64,000 nucleotides of DNA from Octopus bimaculoides (GCF_001194135.2 NC_068986.1:30163091-30227090); one strand, 5' to 3'. Counted from the stretch's first letter, positions 26,697-39,876 are shown. Notes: a model not told the origin generated them from the sequence alone. Program-made: numbers and translations.

Positions 26697-27240
26697 TTAA
26701 TGTCCATAGTCCATACTGGCATGAGTTGGACTGTTTGACCAGGGCTGGCAAGCTGGAAGGCTGCACCAGACTCCAGTTCAATTTGGCATGGTTTCTACGG
26801 CTGGATTCCCTTCCTAACGCCAACCACTCTGAGAGTGTAACAGGTACTTTTACATGCCACTGGCACGGGTGCCATTTGCATGACATCAGTATCTGCCATG
26901 ACTGCAATTTTACTTGATTTGATGGGTCTTCTTCTCAAGCACAGCATAATCTTTTCTACTCTAGACACAAGGCCTGAAATTTTGGGGGAGGGGGCCAGTT
27001 GATTAGATCGACCCTTGTACGCAACTGGTACTTAATTTATTGACCCCGAAAAGTTGAAAGGCATAGTCAACCTCGGCAGAATTTGAACTCAAAACGTAAA
27101 GACAGATGAAATACCACTAAGCATTTCGCCCGGCATGCTAACATTTCTGCCAGCTTGTCGCCTTTCTCAAGTGCAGCATAATGCCAAAGGTCTCAGACAC
27201 TCATCATTGCCTCCATGAGGCCCAACACTCTAAAGGTGCT
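26675..27240 (-). mobile_element. Family C element interrupted by a family B SINE
   Basis: (CAT)n tail, then ..CTTCCTAACGCCAACCACTCTGAGAGTGTA..; the body resumes after 27166. Confidence 0.8.
26951..27165 (-). mobile_element. SINE family B, full length, 17-bp TSD
   Basis: CTCAAGCACAGCATAAT (26934..26950) / CTCAAGTGCAGCATAAT (27166..27182). Confidence 0.9.
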
Positions 27241-28081
27241 GGCCATCCAGGCTACAACAGAGCAGGGGATAAGTGGGCCTGTTGGCACAGTCCTACAGAT
27301 TTGAAGGGAACTACTTTCCCTTGTTGGAAGCAAAAGTATTACCTTTTCTATAAATCTTTCTAGTTCTTAGATTCAGTTGCCTCTTAAGATTCATTTGTCT
27401 GTTACTTGTAAGTACATATACATGTATATACTCATAATCCAATTACATATGTATATACCCATAACCTATACATAATTCACGTGTATTTAGCACTTGCAAT
27501 TAGTTTGAAATGGGACCTTCATTTTACACATGGCCTGGGCCTAATGTCAGCTTTTCATGATCTGAACATCACCTGTTCTTTCTTTCTTAATGAGTTTATT
27601 GATTAATGGTGAAAGGCTTGATATGAAAATTCCTTTCTTGATGGCTCCTGTAACATAGGTGATTCAGAGGTGAGAGGAGAGTCAAAGAAAGAGAAAAGGA
27701 AACAAAAAATAAAAAGAAAGAGAGTGTGAGGGAGAGAGAGAGAAAGTCTCTGGTATTTATTTATCAATTTCAAAGGAATGATAAGCAAAGTTAACCTTGG
27801 TGGGATTTGAACTCAGAAAGCAAAGGATTGGAACAAGTACCAAAATGTATTCTGTCTGCTGCTCTTACACCCCTGCTAATCTACCACCTTGTTAACACTT
27901 ATGATATTCATCAATCTACTTATCTCATTTCCAGACAGACAAAAGGAAAAAAAATGTTAGATCTGATAGAATTGAAGTATGGAACCATGTGGTTGCTATT
28001 TCAATGCTTTACTAATGAGCTACTAACCTGATTTTAAAATGTTTGGAGAAACATTGATTGTTTTCCTTACTGTATATCACA

Positions 28082-28156
<75 letters not shown>

Positions 28157-29905
28157 TATATATATAGAAAGGATGGTTTTGTTTTATTTAGTGAGACATT
28201 ATTATGAATCTTGTTAGTTGATTTAAGTTACATATTCACTTATTGCAACAATCAAAGAGGCGAAATCATGTCAAGTTAATTAGGGGTCACTCATTTCAGT
28301 TAAGTCATGGGAACTACTTTTATAAGTGGGATACAAGCTAAATATAAGGGTGGATAGTTGTTAACTCATTAGCAACATTTCCTTCACTGGTTAAAAAGTG
28401 TAAAAAAATAAAGTTGTTTTTCTTATTGTGAATGGTTCACAAAGTGGTTTAAAATACTGAAACAAATTAAACTTCATTTAAAGTCAAACTGACATATGTT
28501 AATTGTAATTCTCAGTTGTATAGTTATTTATTTTTAAGGTCATATGTAGAGAAGGTCACCTGAATGTCATTCATGGTGAAAGTTATGATGAGCTAATTGT
28601 AATTATTCTGTTGAGCGTTTAATGTTTTATTTCAAAGACCAAGGAGTTTTAGAAATAAATCAAGAAGACTTGTCTTGCATTTTAAAGTTTTTCTATATTT
28701 CATCTAATTCTCAAATAATATTCAAAATGACAAAATTGAACAATTTAAGAATTATCAGTAAGTTTTGAATTAATAACAGATAGTTGTTTGGTACTTCCTT
28801 CCAGCAAACTGAATACTTTTATGCTAATGTTACATAGACTAGGAAGTAAGACACTGTATATAGTTGAATATTCAGTTTATTATTATTTTTTTTTCATTGC
28901 TATGGTTTAATTTTCTAAGCACAATGCCAACAGGAACATCAAAAAATTTGTCCACAAGGAAACTTTTTGGCATTATTCCAAAATTAAATGAAATAGCACT
29001 TCTGTTTGGAATGAAAGGGTCATATATGTCTTCAAGTTAATGCTGTCATTAACGAAAGTGATACGGTTCCCTAAACAGCAACAGAGTATGACACATCTAA
29101 GGAAATGGATACTACTATAATAGAATGTTTGCCATATAAAATGGTATTTAGCTATAAAATCTTCCACTTCAATTAACGAACTTTTAAAATACTAAATATA
29201 ATACAACAATAGTTGGAAGGTTATAAAGCAGTGTACTTGTGACTTGAGGTTAAAACCTTGTAGATGTAGTATCCTGGTACTAGATAAGACATATTAGTCT
29301 GTTAACTGAAAATAAGTTTCACTGCCAGCCATATTGATTGCTTAAAGGACACTCAGCTGCTTCAGTAATTCACATACACATATGATATATGTGTATATGA
29401 AAAAAAACTATCCTACTCATAGTAGCATACAAAAATACAAGTGAAATGATAAATGGAAATGTTTCTATAAATATCTTGGTTGGTTTAGACAATGCGATTT
29501 CAGTTGTTCAATCAACTGATTTCCTATCCATTGAATTAACATGTGAGTGGCTGAGTATTCCATAGACACTTGTACCCTTAATGTAATTCTCAGGCAGAAT
29601 CAGTATGATACAGTGTATGGCCTTTGAATTATGGGTACAATCCAACCAACAGGCTTTTTCACAGTTTCCTTCTACCTAATTTCACTCACAAGGCTTAGGT
29701 TGGTCAGATTCAATGTTAAAAGGTAACTGCCCAAGATGCCATACAATGGGATTGAACCCCTAACTTATCGGGTGCAAAGCAGACTTCTAAACATTTGACC
29801 GTGCTGTGTCCATGAACGCCTCTATACAAGCTATGTAAACAGCATATATAAAATGAAGTGGTTCCCAATCTGTTATTATTGTAATTGGTTTTGTCAAATC
29901 ATTAA

Positions 29906-30120
29906 ACCTTTAGCACTTAAACTGACCATATCTGGCCAAAATATTTTACCTGTTTTATGTCCAAACTGTCAAGATTTGGCCTCTTACACCTACTCTACAA
30001 TGTCATTCTAAAAATACACAATTACATCATCGAAATTTCAAATCTACAAGATAATGCATGATAAATTCAAAACAATGAGGAATAGATAAGTATCAAATTT
30101 AACAGTCATTTGAATGCTAA
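29906..30120. mobile_element. piggyBac-like TTAA MITE (family P1), right end truncated
   Basis: TTAA-ACCTTTAGCAC.. collinear with 39656..39876; ends at GAATGCTAA. Confidence 0.75.
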
Positions 30121-30356
30121 ATTTAGATAAAAACAATAGCATCTGATACTTGCCATGTGGAAATATTCCTGTTTTTGCTAGCAGAAAATATTGTATTCTA
30201 AACATAAGCTTAATAATATTCATGAACGTTTTACATTTTATCAAATATTTCAAAAGTAAAAGATTTTGTCCTTACAATTCTTTTACAATTCCACTATGAC
30301 CCACAGTCCAAGAATTATTCTCTATAGTGTTAAGCATATAAAGGATAAATATTTCT

Positions 30357-30642
30357 TGTGAGCCAACTTTTCATCCAATGTCACTTTGTCCAACGTCACT
30401 TCGTCCATGCCTTTTAGTCGGTCATTTTGTCCAATGATTTCTTTGTCCGACTTTTTGTCCAATTTTAAATAAACTTTTTAGAAAACAAGGTGAACATCAA
30501 AATCAAATAATCATAGAGAATTTTATTGATAGGATTTGTCGTTGGACAAAAAAATCAATAATCAGATAAAAAGACGTCAGACCAAAAGACATGGACAAAA
30601 AGATGTTTGACGAAGTGACGTCAGATGAAAAGATATCACACC
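30357..30642. mobile_element. Foldback / MULE-like MITE with long imperfect TIRs built of ~11-bp subrepeats
   Basis: The left arm CTTTTCATCCAATGTCACTTTGTCCAACGTCACTTCGTCCATGCCTTTTAGTC aligns to the reverse complement of the right arm; AATATTTCT (9 bp) at 30348..30356 and 30643..30651. Confidence 0.7.
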
Positions 30643-31419
30643 AATATTTCTACCTCTTTGATAGAAGATGAATTTGTTATCATATACAGCGTTTTTGGAG
30701 TGGTTGGCATTGGGAAGGGCATCCAACCATAGGAACTATTCCAAATCAGATTGGAACTTGGCACAGCTCCCCAGCTAACAAGTTTTCAGTCAAACTGTCC
30801 AATCCCTGCCAGCATGGAAAATGGACGTTAAATGATGATGATGATGATGATGATGACTATAAAACACAACACTACTTGACCATAAGATACTCATCAATTC
30901 AGCAATATTGCCACTGTTAGAAATAGTGCATTACATCATCCGCAGTATATACCATGTAGGTGGACTAGAGCTTGATGGACTTAGCCATTGATACTCCAGT
31001 TTCTGGCTTACCAATGTGTTGTCTCTTCCCTCTGCTATTTCTAATGCTAGTACAGTTACCACTGGTTCTTGGAATTGGTTGGTCTCCTACCACCTTCACT
31101 TATGCACTTCTGATTTATTCGTCTCCCCTTTTCTAGTAACCCACATTATGTCCACCCCCACCCCCACCCCCCCNNNNNNNNNNNNNNNCCCCCCCGGATC
31201 CTGCACTGTTGATTGTTCCATGTTTTTTTCATTCCGAAAACATCATTCCTCAAGGAATTTGATCTCTGCTCATGTTATTTCTGCAACCATTGACTTGGAT
31301 TGTTCAGAGGGGAGTATTAACCATGTTGACTCTCTCTGCACTCTGAGGGCCAACAATGTCCATTGGAACTTCCTTCTTTTTCCTGATGAAAACAATTTAA
31401 AAAACAAATAAAACCAAGT

Positions 31420-31519
31420 AATTTTGACCACACATACACACACATACACACACAAATACACACACATACACACACACCACCACCACCACCACTGCTGCTA
31501 CCACAACAACAATAACAGC

Positions 31520-31550
<31 letters not shown>

Positions 31551-31570
31551 GCAACAACAACAACAACACA
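31420..31570 (+). repeat. Compound (CA)/(CAC)/(CAA) microsatellite
   Basis: Directly visible. Confidence 0.9.
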
Positions 31571-32029
31571 GAAGCAGTGATAGGACACACATTTCTAATC
31601 TAGCCACTAGTTGTCCAGTAGACTAATCTATTCAACTATATCTCACCAAACACTGTTGAAATTGTACTAAATAAGATTAAATAGATTTGTATAAAATCAT
31701 CATAGCACAGAAAAATGGACGTGACAAACATGAAATCTTCATCTGCTGCCATTCATCTCAATTAGAAGCAATTCCTGTAAGTTAGTTAAAAAGTAATATA
31801 CCAAATCTATAGAGCAACTTTTCTTGCACAGAATACATAATGAGAGGAATTAAATGGAATTGTGTACTGCAGACAACCGACCAATTCCAGAATAATAGTC
31901 ATGGATAAATACTAGGGAAAAAAAAATGTGATGTCATTGTAAGCAAGTCGAAAGGTTTATTACTAATAAATCAGCTCCTGTAGGCCAACGCTTCACAGAC
32001 TGGACAAGAGGTAAAATAGTAGTTTGGCA

Positions 32030-32330
32030 ATGGCAGTAATGGTGATGATGATGATGGTGATGATGATGATGATGACGATGACGACGATGACGACGATGAC
32101 GACTTGGTGGAGAAGGAGGTGGTGGTGGTGATAGAGGAGGAGGGGGAGGAGGGGGAGGGGAGGATGAGGAGGAGGGNNNNNNNNNNGGAGGAGGAGGACA
32201 GTGGTAGTGGTGGTGATGATGACGACGACGACGACAACGATGATGAGGAGGATGAGGATGAAGAGGAAGTGGAGGAGGGTGCTGGTGCTGTTGTTGGTGG
32301 TGGTGGTCTACTGCTGCTAATGCATAGTTG
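32030..32330 (+). repeat. Compound (GAT/GAC/GGT/GAG) microsatellite
   Basis: Directly visible. Confidence 0.9.
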
Positions 32331-32399
32331 TTTTATGCTGGTTATTCCTTGCCATTGAGATCAAGTCTTAATGTAACAGCATCTTCCTCTTCAGTTCTC

Positions 32400-32980
32400 A
32401 ATCTGGTGTCAGTCCACCATTGTTTGTAAGGGACTTTTCTTTACATTACATTGCTCCTTGTTGTGTTACATAGGAGACCCTCCTTGGATAGTGTCAGTAG
32501 CAAATCTTTTCATCGGTGTTTCCCTAAGGCTTGGCCTTCTGATCTGTGAGCCTTACAAATGCTTCTGCAGATCCACTATGGATTCTTTTGGCCTCCACCC
32601 ATTGTCATGTCACCATAGTGCTAGCTGCCTTCGATGTCATGCTGCCCTTAACAAAATCATAAAACATGACCTTGATGCCACAGATTTCCCTTTCCAGCTT
32701 GGGTCAGTGGGGCTAGACCAAGGGGATGGTAAAAAGCCTGATGGTATGACAATTATCCCGTTCCATAGTAGCAGTCCCTTCATCTGGGATGCCACATGCT
32801 ATAACACCACCTCCAATGGCAACTTGGTGTGCTCAGCTGCCAGCCCAGGTTCTGCTGCTCATCAGGTTGAGAAAAGCAAACTGTCAAAGCATCAGGTTTA
32901 TGGTTGAGCTTGTGGCAGTGGAGACCTCTGGTGTTCTTGGCCCCTGGACCATACCCCTGGCAGAGATAGCTAACCACTAA
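32400..32980 (+). pseudogene. CRE-clade non-LTR retrotransposon C-terminus (CCHC zinc knuckle + restriction-like endonuclease), decayed
   Basis: IGVSLRLGLLICEPYKCFC..DSFGLHPLSC..HAALNKIIK..VGLDQGDGKKPDGMTIIPF..FIWDATC..EKSKLSK, then after a frameshift VAVETSGVLGP; characteristic RLE-domain motifs. Confidence 0.85.
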
Positions 32981-33429
32981 AGGATGAAAGATGAGTTTGA
33001 ACCTGACAAGATTTGAACCCACTGTGTAATGAGCCAGAAGAAATACCACAAAGGCAATTTTTCTGATTCTCTAACAATTCTACCAGCTCACTGCCTTAAG
33101 CAGCAACTTAATAATGAAAAAAAAATCTGGTTATTTCACTAAAACCCTCCAAATTCATGATTATTTTTCAAAAATTAATTGATGCATGAGTGGTGGTGGT
33201 GTCAGTGGTAGCAACAGCAGCTGTAATATTGTGTTTCAGTCATTACTATTGCGGTGCAGTTGTTACTAACATATAATAGTAGTTCTGCTGTTGTGGTACT
33301 GGAATTATTCTCATCAACGCTCTACTGAAGAACTAATTAGGACACATAATTAGTTAATTGAACAAAACATTCAATCAAAATTTCAATTATAACCATCCCA
33401 TCTTTAATGTTGCCATGTGATTCTAAGAT

Positions 33430-35500
33430 AGTGGTTCTAAATATTTCTCAGAACATGGCACACCCAGAGAATATAAAAAAATTTGTAGCTCATCTACCGA
33501 TAATTAGCTCTCAAAAGTCCTAAGAAGCCATCTTAACACGGAAAGATTAATTAAATTATCTACCTTAAAGAAGCAATACAAATAAAAAAAAAGATGCTTG
33601 CATGTTTGTTACTAAGCTAATGAAACACCTGACTTTGATGTGATTTTACAAATTTCATTTAGCCGTTGTGGAATATTTGATAAAACCATGTGCAGCTTAG
33701 CTTTAGTAATAATGGGCAAAAAAATTTTTTTTTTATTTTGATGTTTGTTACTGATGAGAATATCAGCTCACATGAATGTGAATTAGAAAAAGGTAGTGAC
33801 CCTTTTAATGTCTTCGCTGCACTCTCTGACCATTCTTTTTGTACTGACATCCAGAAGGCATCAAGCAATAGTTCTTTGAATTTTTATATTAATGAAATGA
33901 TGCAGGATATGGCAGTCAGTTGGTCTTGTTCTGTGGCAGTGAGAAGATTACTATTGTGAACATCCACAAAGAATGACACGACTAACCATTGAAGATTACT
34001 AACAGAAAAAGAAAGTAGTAAATAAGTCTTGTGGCTGAATTAAATCCTCAGACATTAGAATCTTTAACACTTTTGCATGGTCATTTGTCTCTGTGTTGCA
34101 AAAACGTGGAAGCACTTTGAATGGTACTTTTTTTCACCTCTGAATAGTACTTTTTTCTCCTCTGAATGGTACTTTTGCAAGACTCTAGCCTTCTGGAAAA
34201 GGTGTTTGCCTTATTTATTGAAACAATTAAATTTTTTTGTATTCACTGCCTTAATTCATTTAGAGAATTTAGTTAGCCAAATATATCAGTGAGATATCCT
34301 TATCAAGCACTATTATATGATAAATGTTGATCAAATGCAGATTTTCACTCTCTGGAAACAGTGTTCTCATCTCTTTGGTTCATAAATAATGAATTGCAGT
34401 ACTTTATTGTAAGACACCCAATGCACTTCTATATAGAAATAAGATTGTAGAGGTCTTGATTTGATAAAATTAGCCACTTCCATTTTGATTAAGTACAGAG
34501 TACAGATCATCATTTTGAACCCATCATATTAAGATCTCAAGATACAAAAACATTGAGTTGAGATAATATCTACTGTGAACGTTCAATAAAATCTTTAACA
34601 GCTTCTGTTGTTGCCTTTGTGACATTATTTTATTTGACTGGCCTTTGTGCCGGTGGCATGTAAAAGCACCCACTACACTCTCGGAGTGGTTGGCGTTAGG
34701 AAGGGCATCCAGCTGTAGAAACTTTGCCAAATCAGATTGGAGCCTGGTGTAGCCATCTGGTTCGCCAGTCCTCAGTCAAATCGTCCAACCCGTGCTAGCA
34801 TGGAAAGTGGACATTAAATGATGATGATGATGTATAACTACCACTGAAGATCCTACTCTTCAAACGAGCTATTGATATGGATGAAAATATCCATACCCTT
34901 AATTGTAATTACCAATTATGTGGTAACAAAAGAACTGTGAAATAATTTGACCTTCACCTATAAATTAGATAAATTCCATGAGCTGAATCATCTCACTGAC
35001 ATCTGTACCCTCATTTAACTGTAATGTGAAGGCTTTTAGACATTTGAATTTTTTTTAAGCAATATGAGAATCTATATCACATGAACTGTTGGAAACAATG
35101 ATATACGGTATTGTTCAATGCAGAAACTTCCATTGTATCTTCTATGAAAGAACTAATGTTTCACAACTTGTATGAGCTTCGATTGAATTGTTAATTATTA
35201 GTGATGCCTTGTATGTTGCTAGAAGAAGAGCCCTATCAAAGACTGTTACTTAGTTAATCATTCTTTTATTCACATGTTTGATAGTTTGTAGCAGCTGCCT
35301 GAATTATTTGATTTTCTTGTTCTTCAAGTAGTTATGGTGCTTCTCCAGATGTCTTTTATTTGCTTGGAGCTATTGACTCATTGGAAAGAAAGCATCCATG
35401 ACTCATTTGGGAAGCAGCGGATCATCACATTTGCAGGTGAAACCAAACAACAAATATGTAGGATGATATTGATAAATAAGTAATTTTGCTTCATAGCAGC
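33430..35500 (-). mobile_element. Decayed, internally deleted hAT Buster/Charlie (SPIN/ZBED8-like) autonomous element
   Basis: N-terminal BED finger QYHPTYLLFGFT..PK*V..LSNESIAPSK.KRHLEKHH (35300-35480); ALLATYKASL..HTSCETLVL (35100-35230); C-terminal hATC TATEQDQL..KFKELLLDAFWMSV..LPFSNSHSCELIFSSVTNIK (33660-34010); TIR-like TAGTGGTTCTAAA at 33429. Confidence 0.75.
34640..34832 (+). mobile_element. Family C 3' end, inserted in the hAT relic
   Basis: GTGCCGGTGGCATGTAAAAGCACCC..GGCGTTAGGAAGGGCATCCAGCTG..(GAT)n. Confidence 0.9.
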
Positions 35501-36017
35501 TGGTGTTGATAGCATTGATATCCACACATTGGTATCAATAAATTCACTTTCAGTTTGCAGGGGTGGTTGTGTTCTGATAGTAAACTTGTCTATGATTATA
35601 TATTAAACTTGAACCAAAAAAAATTACTGTTATTTTGCACACTTTTAAGAACAAGTTAAAATAAATAAAAAATAGTCATGCAAAGCTCTTTCTATGTCTG
35701 TTATATTCTTAATCTTAAGAAATAAATAAATTCAAGATGATAAAAACTTAATACATCTAAGTAAGAACAAGTCACTTACTTTGTTATATAAGAACAACAA
35801 TGCAGAATATTCCACTGTTCCATCATTGTTACTATATAATTATTGTTCTACCCAATAATGTTCAATAATTGGTAGATATGTGCACATGATTACATTCAAT
35901 ATTTTCACCTTAATATTATTTATTTTCCTAAATACATACAAACGTATGATTGTAGCCATTATTATCTAAATGTAAGAAGAGTACTTGTGTGTGTGTATGT
36001 GCGTGTGTGTGTGTGTG

Positions 36018-36064
<47 letters not shown>

Positions 36065-36285
36065 AAATTTAATATCAATATTGATACCAAGTGGAGAGAG
36101 TTTAGTATATGGTTGCCTAAGTATTTTACATTATCTACCATTTATGGATGCACTCTGCAGAGACTGATAGAGAAATAATATAATTTCTATGTGTATACCT
36201 ACTCATTGAAAGTACATTATAATTTATCTGTTCATATCTCTGCATTGCTTGCTTCTAATGAATGGTTGGAATTATATAGTATATA

Positions 36286-36610
36286 GGTTCAGGCATGACA
36301 TTGTGGTTAAGAAGTTCACTTCCCAGCCACATGGTTTCGGGTTCAATCCCACTACATGGTATGCTGGGCAAATGTGTTCTTTTGTTGCCCTCAGCCCACA
36401 AATGCCACATGGGTGAATTTGGTAAACAGAAACTGAAAAAAGCCTGTTGTTGTTGTTATTGTTTGTGTGTGTGTGTGTGTGTATTTACATCTTTGCTCAG
36501 TGAAAGTCATAAGATAGGGTGGTGCTGTTGTCGCTTTATTGTTGCCAACGAATCATCTGTCTGCTTTGCACCTTTGTAGACATGAGAAATAAGAAATCCT
36601 TGACTTGAAA
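36286..36610 (+). mobile_element. SINE family A-related, degenerate
   Basis: GACATTGTGGTTAAGAAGTTC..GGGTTCAATCCCACT..GAAACTGAAAAAAGCC then (GT)n. Confidence 0.7.
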
Positions 36611-37419
36611 AACAAGGAATGGTCGGTGACAAGGAGGACATCCAGTGGCATAACAATGCCTTAATAACATAATTTCGGGCCTTGTGCCTAGAGCAGAAAA
36701 GAATGATATAATCATCCAACTCATGGTAGCCTAGAAAAACAAACAATATTACTACGTAGCTTACCCTTTGGCATTTAAACCAGCTATATCTAGCTCAAAT
36801 ATTTGTTTTATGTTCAGATCAGCTAGATCTGGCCTCTCACACCTGTGGTGTTGGCGCTGGCGTTGGTGTTGGTATTGGTGATGGTGTTAGTGGTGCACAT
36901 CAACCTACCTATCACCGTTATTGTTATCACTTTGCCACAATACTGCCGAGGTGTAGAAGATAGATGTGTGCTGGCCCCAAAAATGTTAATCTGTACTGAC
37001 ATGGAAATCACTGAAGAAGAAGAAGACAAAGACAAAGATACTGTTGTTGTTGTTGCTATTTAGCATTAGGCCTAGCAGACCTAATATAGAAGACATTCCT
37101 ACCATGTCCATTCCATCTTTTATTCAGTGTACTTAATACATTATCCAATGTATACTATCTCTTAGAAAAGAGAACGAATTGATTTGTGTGTTTTTTAAGA
37201 TGGAGGTTTTGTTATGATCTTTATGTCTCTGATGGCCTAACAGCAGCAGCAGTAGTAATATTGATGGTGGGGCTGGTGGTGTTGCTGCTCATGGTTCTAG
37301 TAGTGATGTGGTGGTTGTAGTAACAGCAGTAGGAGTGGTAGTGGTTGTGATAACTATTACGATGATAGTCAGCAATAGTAATAGTAGTTGTAGTTCTGTG
37401 AGTATTCTTGGCATGGGTA

Positions 37420-37648
37420 AGGCGGCAAAGCTGGCAGAATCATTAGCACGCCGGGCAAAATGCTCAGCAGTATTTCATCTGACGCTATGTTCTGAGTTCA
37501 AATTCTGCCAAGGTCGACTTTGCCTTTCATCCTTTTGGGGTCGATAAATTAAGTACCAGTTACGTACTGGGGTCAATCTAATCAACTGCCTCCGCTTCCC
37601 AAAAATTTTGGGCTTTGTGCCTAGAGTAGAAAAGAAAAGAAAAAGAAA
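37420..37648 (+). mobile_element. SINE family B, full length, 17-bp TSD
   Basis: TATTCTTGGCATGGGTA (37403..37419) / TATTCTTGGCATGAGTA (37649..37665); A-rich (AGAAA)n tail. Confidence 0.9.
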
Positions 37649-37674
37649 TATTCTTGGCATGAGTAGTAGCACTA

Positions 37675-37755
<81 letters not shown>

Positions 37756-38333
37756 TAGTTTAGCACAGTTCCTGTAAACCACAAAAATTATTACACTTTG
37801 CTTTTGTCTTGCTGTTGTTATAGCTAAATGACTTCTGAACCATCAGCTCTTTAGGGGCAAAGATTAATGATTTTTTTATCTTCCCCCAAATCATCAGAAA
37901 CTGAAGCATCAAATATTTGATGTAGTAATTGTCATTTCTTGTTTAATTTCATGGTTCCCTAAGCATCTAATTCCTACATTAGTGGCAAAGACCCTTAACA
38001 TTGCTGCAATGCATGAAGAGATCCACAGTTATTATTATTACAATCTATCAATGTGCACCAGGATATATATACGTCAATATGATAATTATATTTCTATTTG
38101 CATGAGTGTGTGTGTGTGTGTGTGTGTGTGCGTGTGCAGTTGTGTGTGCGTGTGTGTGTATATGTGTGTGTGTGTGCAATTGAGTGTGCAATTGTGTGTG
38201 AATACATGCATGTTTGTGTTATTACTTTCGTTTTCCAATTTGAGTAGACATGCTCATGCGAAATCTGTTTTTATTTTAATTTTGCTTGTTTAGATTTTAC
38301 CAACTTTATTTGATGCTAAGGTATAGTCAGTAT

Positions 38334-38599
38334 GTGGAGGCGCAATGGTCCAGTGGTTAGGGCAGTGGACTCGCGGTCATAGGATCGCAGTTTCGATTCC
38401 CAGACCGGACGTTGTGAGTGTTTATTGAGCGAAAACACCTAAAAAAGCTCCACGAGGCTCTGACAGGGGATGGTGGTGAACCCTGCTGTACTCTTTCACC
38501 ACAACTTTCTCTCACTCTTACTTCCTGTTTCTGTTGTGCCTGTAATTCAAAGGGCCAGCCTTGTCACACTCTGTGTCACACTGAATATCCCCGAGAACT
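38334..38599 (+). mobile_element. tRNA-headed SINE family E, 5' part up to the gap
   Basis: GGAGGCGCAATGGTCCAGTGGTTAGG (A-box), GTTTCGATTCCC (B-box); the body matches the reverse complement of 13800..13963. Confidence 0.85.
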
Positions 38600-39364
38600 N
38601 NNNNNNNNNNNNNNNNNNNNNNNNNNNNNNNNNNNNNNNNNNNNNNNNNNNNNNNNNNNNNNNNNNNNNNNNNNNNNNNNNNNNNNNNNNNNNNNNNNNN
38701 NNNNNNNNNNNNNNNNNNNNNNNNNNNNNNNNNNNNNNNNNNNNNNNNNNNNNNNNNNNNNNNNNNNNNNNNNNNNNNNNNNNNNNNNNNNNNNNNNNNN
38801 NNNNNNNNNNNNNNNNNNNNNNNNNNNNNNNNNNNNNNNNNNNNNNNNNNNNNNNNNNNNNNNNNNNNNNNNNNNNNNNNNNNNNNNNNNNNNNNNNNNN
38901 NNNNNNNNNNNNNNNNNNNNNNNNNNNNNNNNNNNNNNNNNNNNNNNNNNNNNNNNNNNNNNNNNNNNNNNNNNNNNNNNNNNNNNNNNNNNNNNNNNNN
39001 NNNNNNNNNNNNNNNNNNNNNNNNNNNNNNNNNNNNNNNNNNNNNNNNNNNNNNNNNNNNNNNNNNNNNNNNNNNNNNNNNNNNNNNNNNNNNNNNNNNN
39101 NNNNNNNNNNNNNNNNNNNNNNNNNNNNNNNNNNNNNNNNNNNNNNNNNNNNNNNNNNNNNNNNNNNNNNNNNNNNNNNNNNNNNNNNNNNNNNNNNNNN
39201 NNNNNNNNNNNNNNNNNNNNNNNNNNNNNNNNNNNNNNNNNNNNNNNNNNNNNNNNNNNNNNNNNNNNNNNNNNNNNNNNNNNNNNNNNNNNNNNNNNNN
39301 NNNNNNNNNNNNNNNNNNNNNNNNNNNNNNNNNNNNNNNNNNNNNNNNNNNNNNNNNNNNNNNN

Positions 39365-39423
<59 letters not shown>

Positions 39424-39655
39424 ACACACAGGTTTCCACATAGTTTCTATCTGCCAGATTCCACTAAGACGGTATTGATCAACCTGAAGTTCTAGTAGCA
39501 GACATTTGCCCAAAGTGCTACATAATAGAATCAAACTCAGAACCACAGGATTGTGAAGTGAACTTCTTAACAACATAGCTATGTTTGTACTTACATCTCT
39601 ATTTTGAATTTCTGAAGATAAGAGAAATCTATAGTGTACAGAGTTCCTGCTTTAA

Positions 39656-39876
39656 CCCTTTAGCATTTAAACTGGCTACATCTTGCCCAAATATTCTATC
39701 TGTTCTATGTTCAAACTAGCTAGATCCAGCTTCTCACATCTACTCAACAATATCAGTCAAAAAATTTACAATCATATCATTGAAATCTCAAAATTTTGAG
39801 ATAATGCATGATAAATTAAAAAACAATGTGAATAAATAAGCATTACATTTGACAGCGTAATCTGAATGCTAATGGG
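39656..39876. mobile_element. piggyBac-like TTAA MITE (family P1), complete
   Basis: TTAA|CCCTTTAGCATT ... AATGCTAATGGG|TTAA: TTAA TSD, CCC/GGG termini, 11/12 TIR match. Confidence 0.9.
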
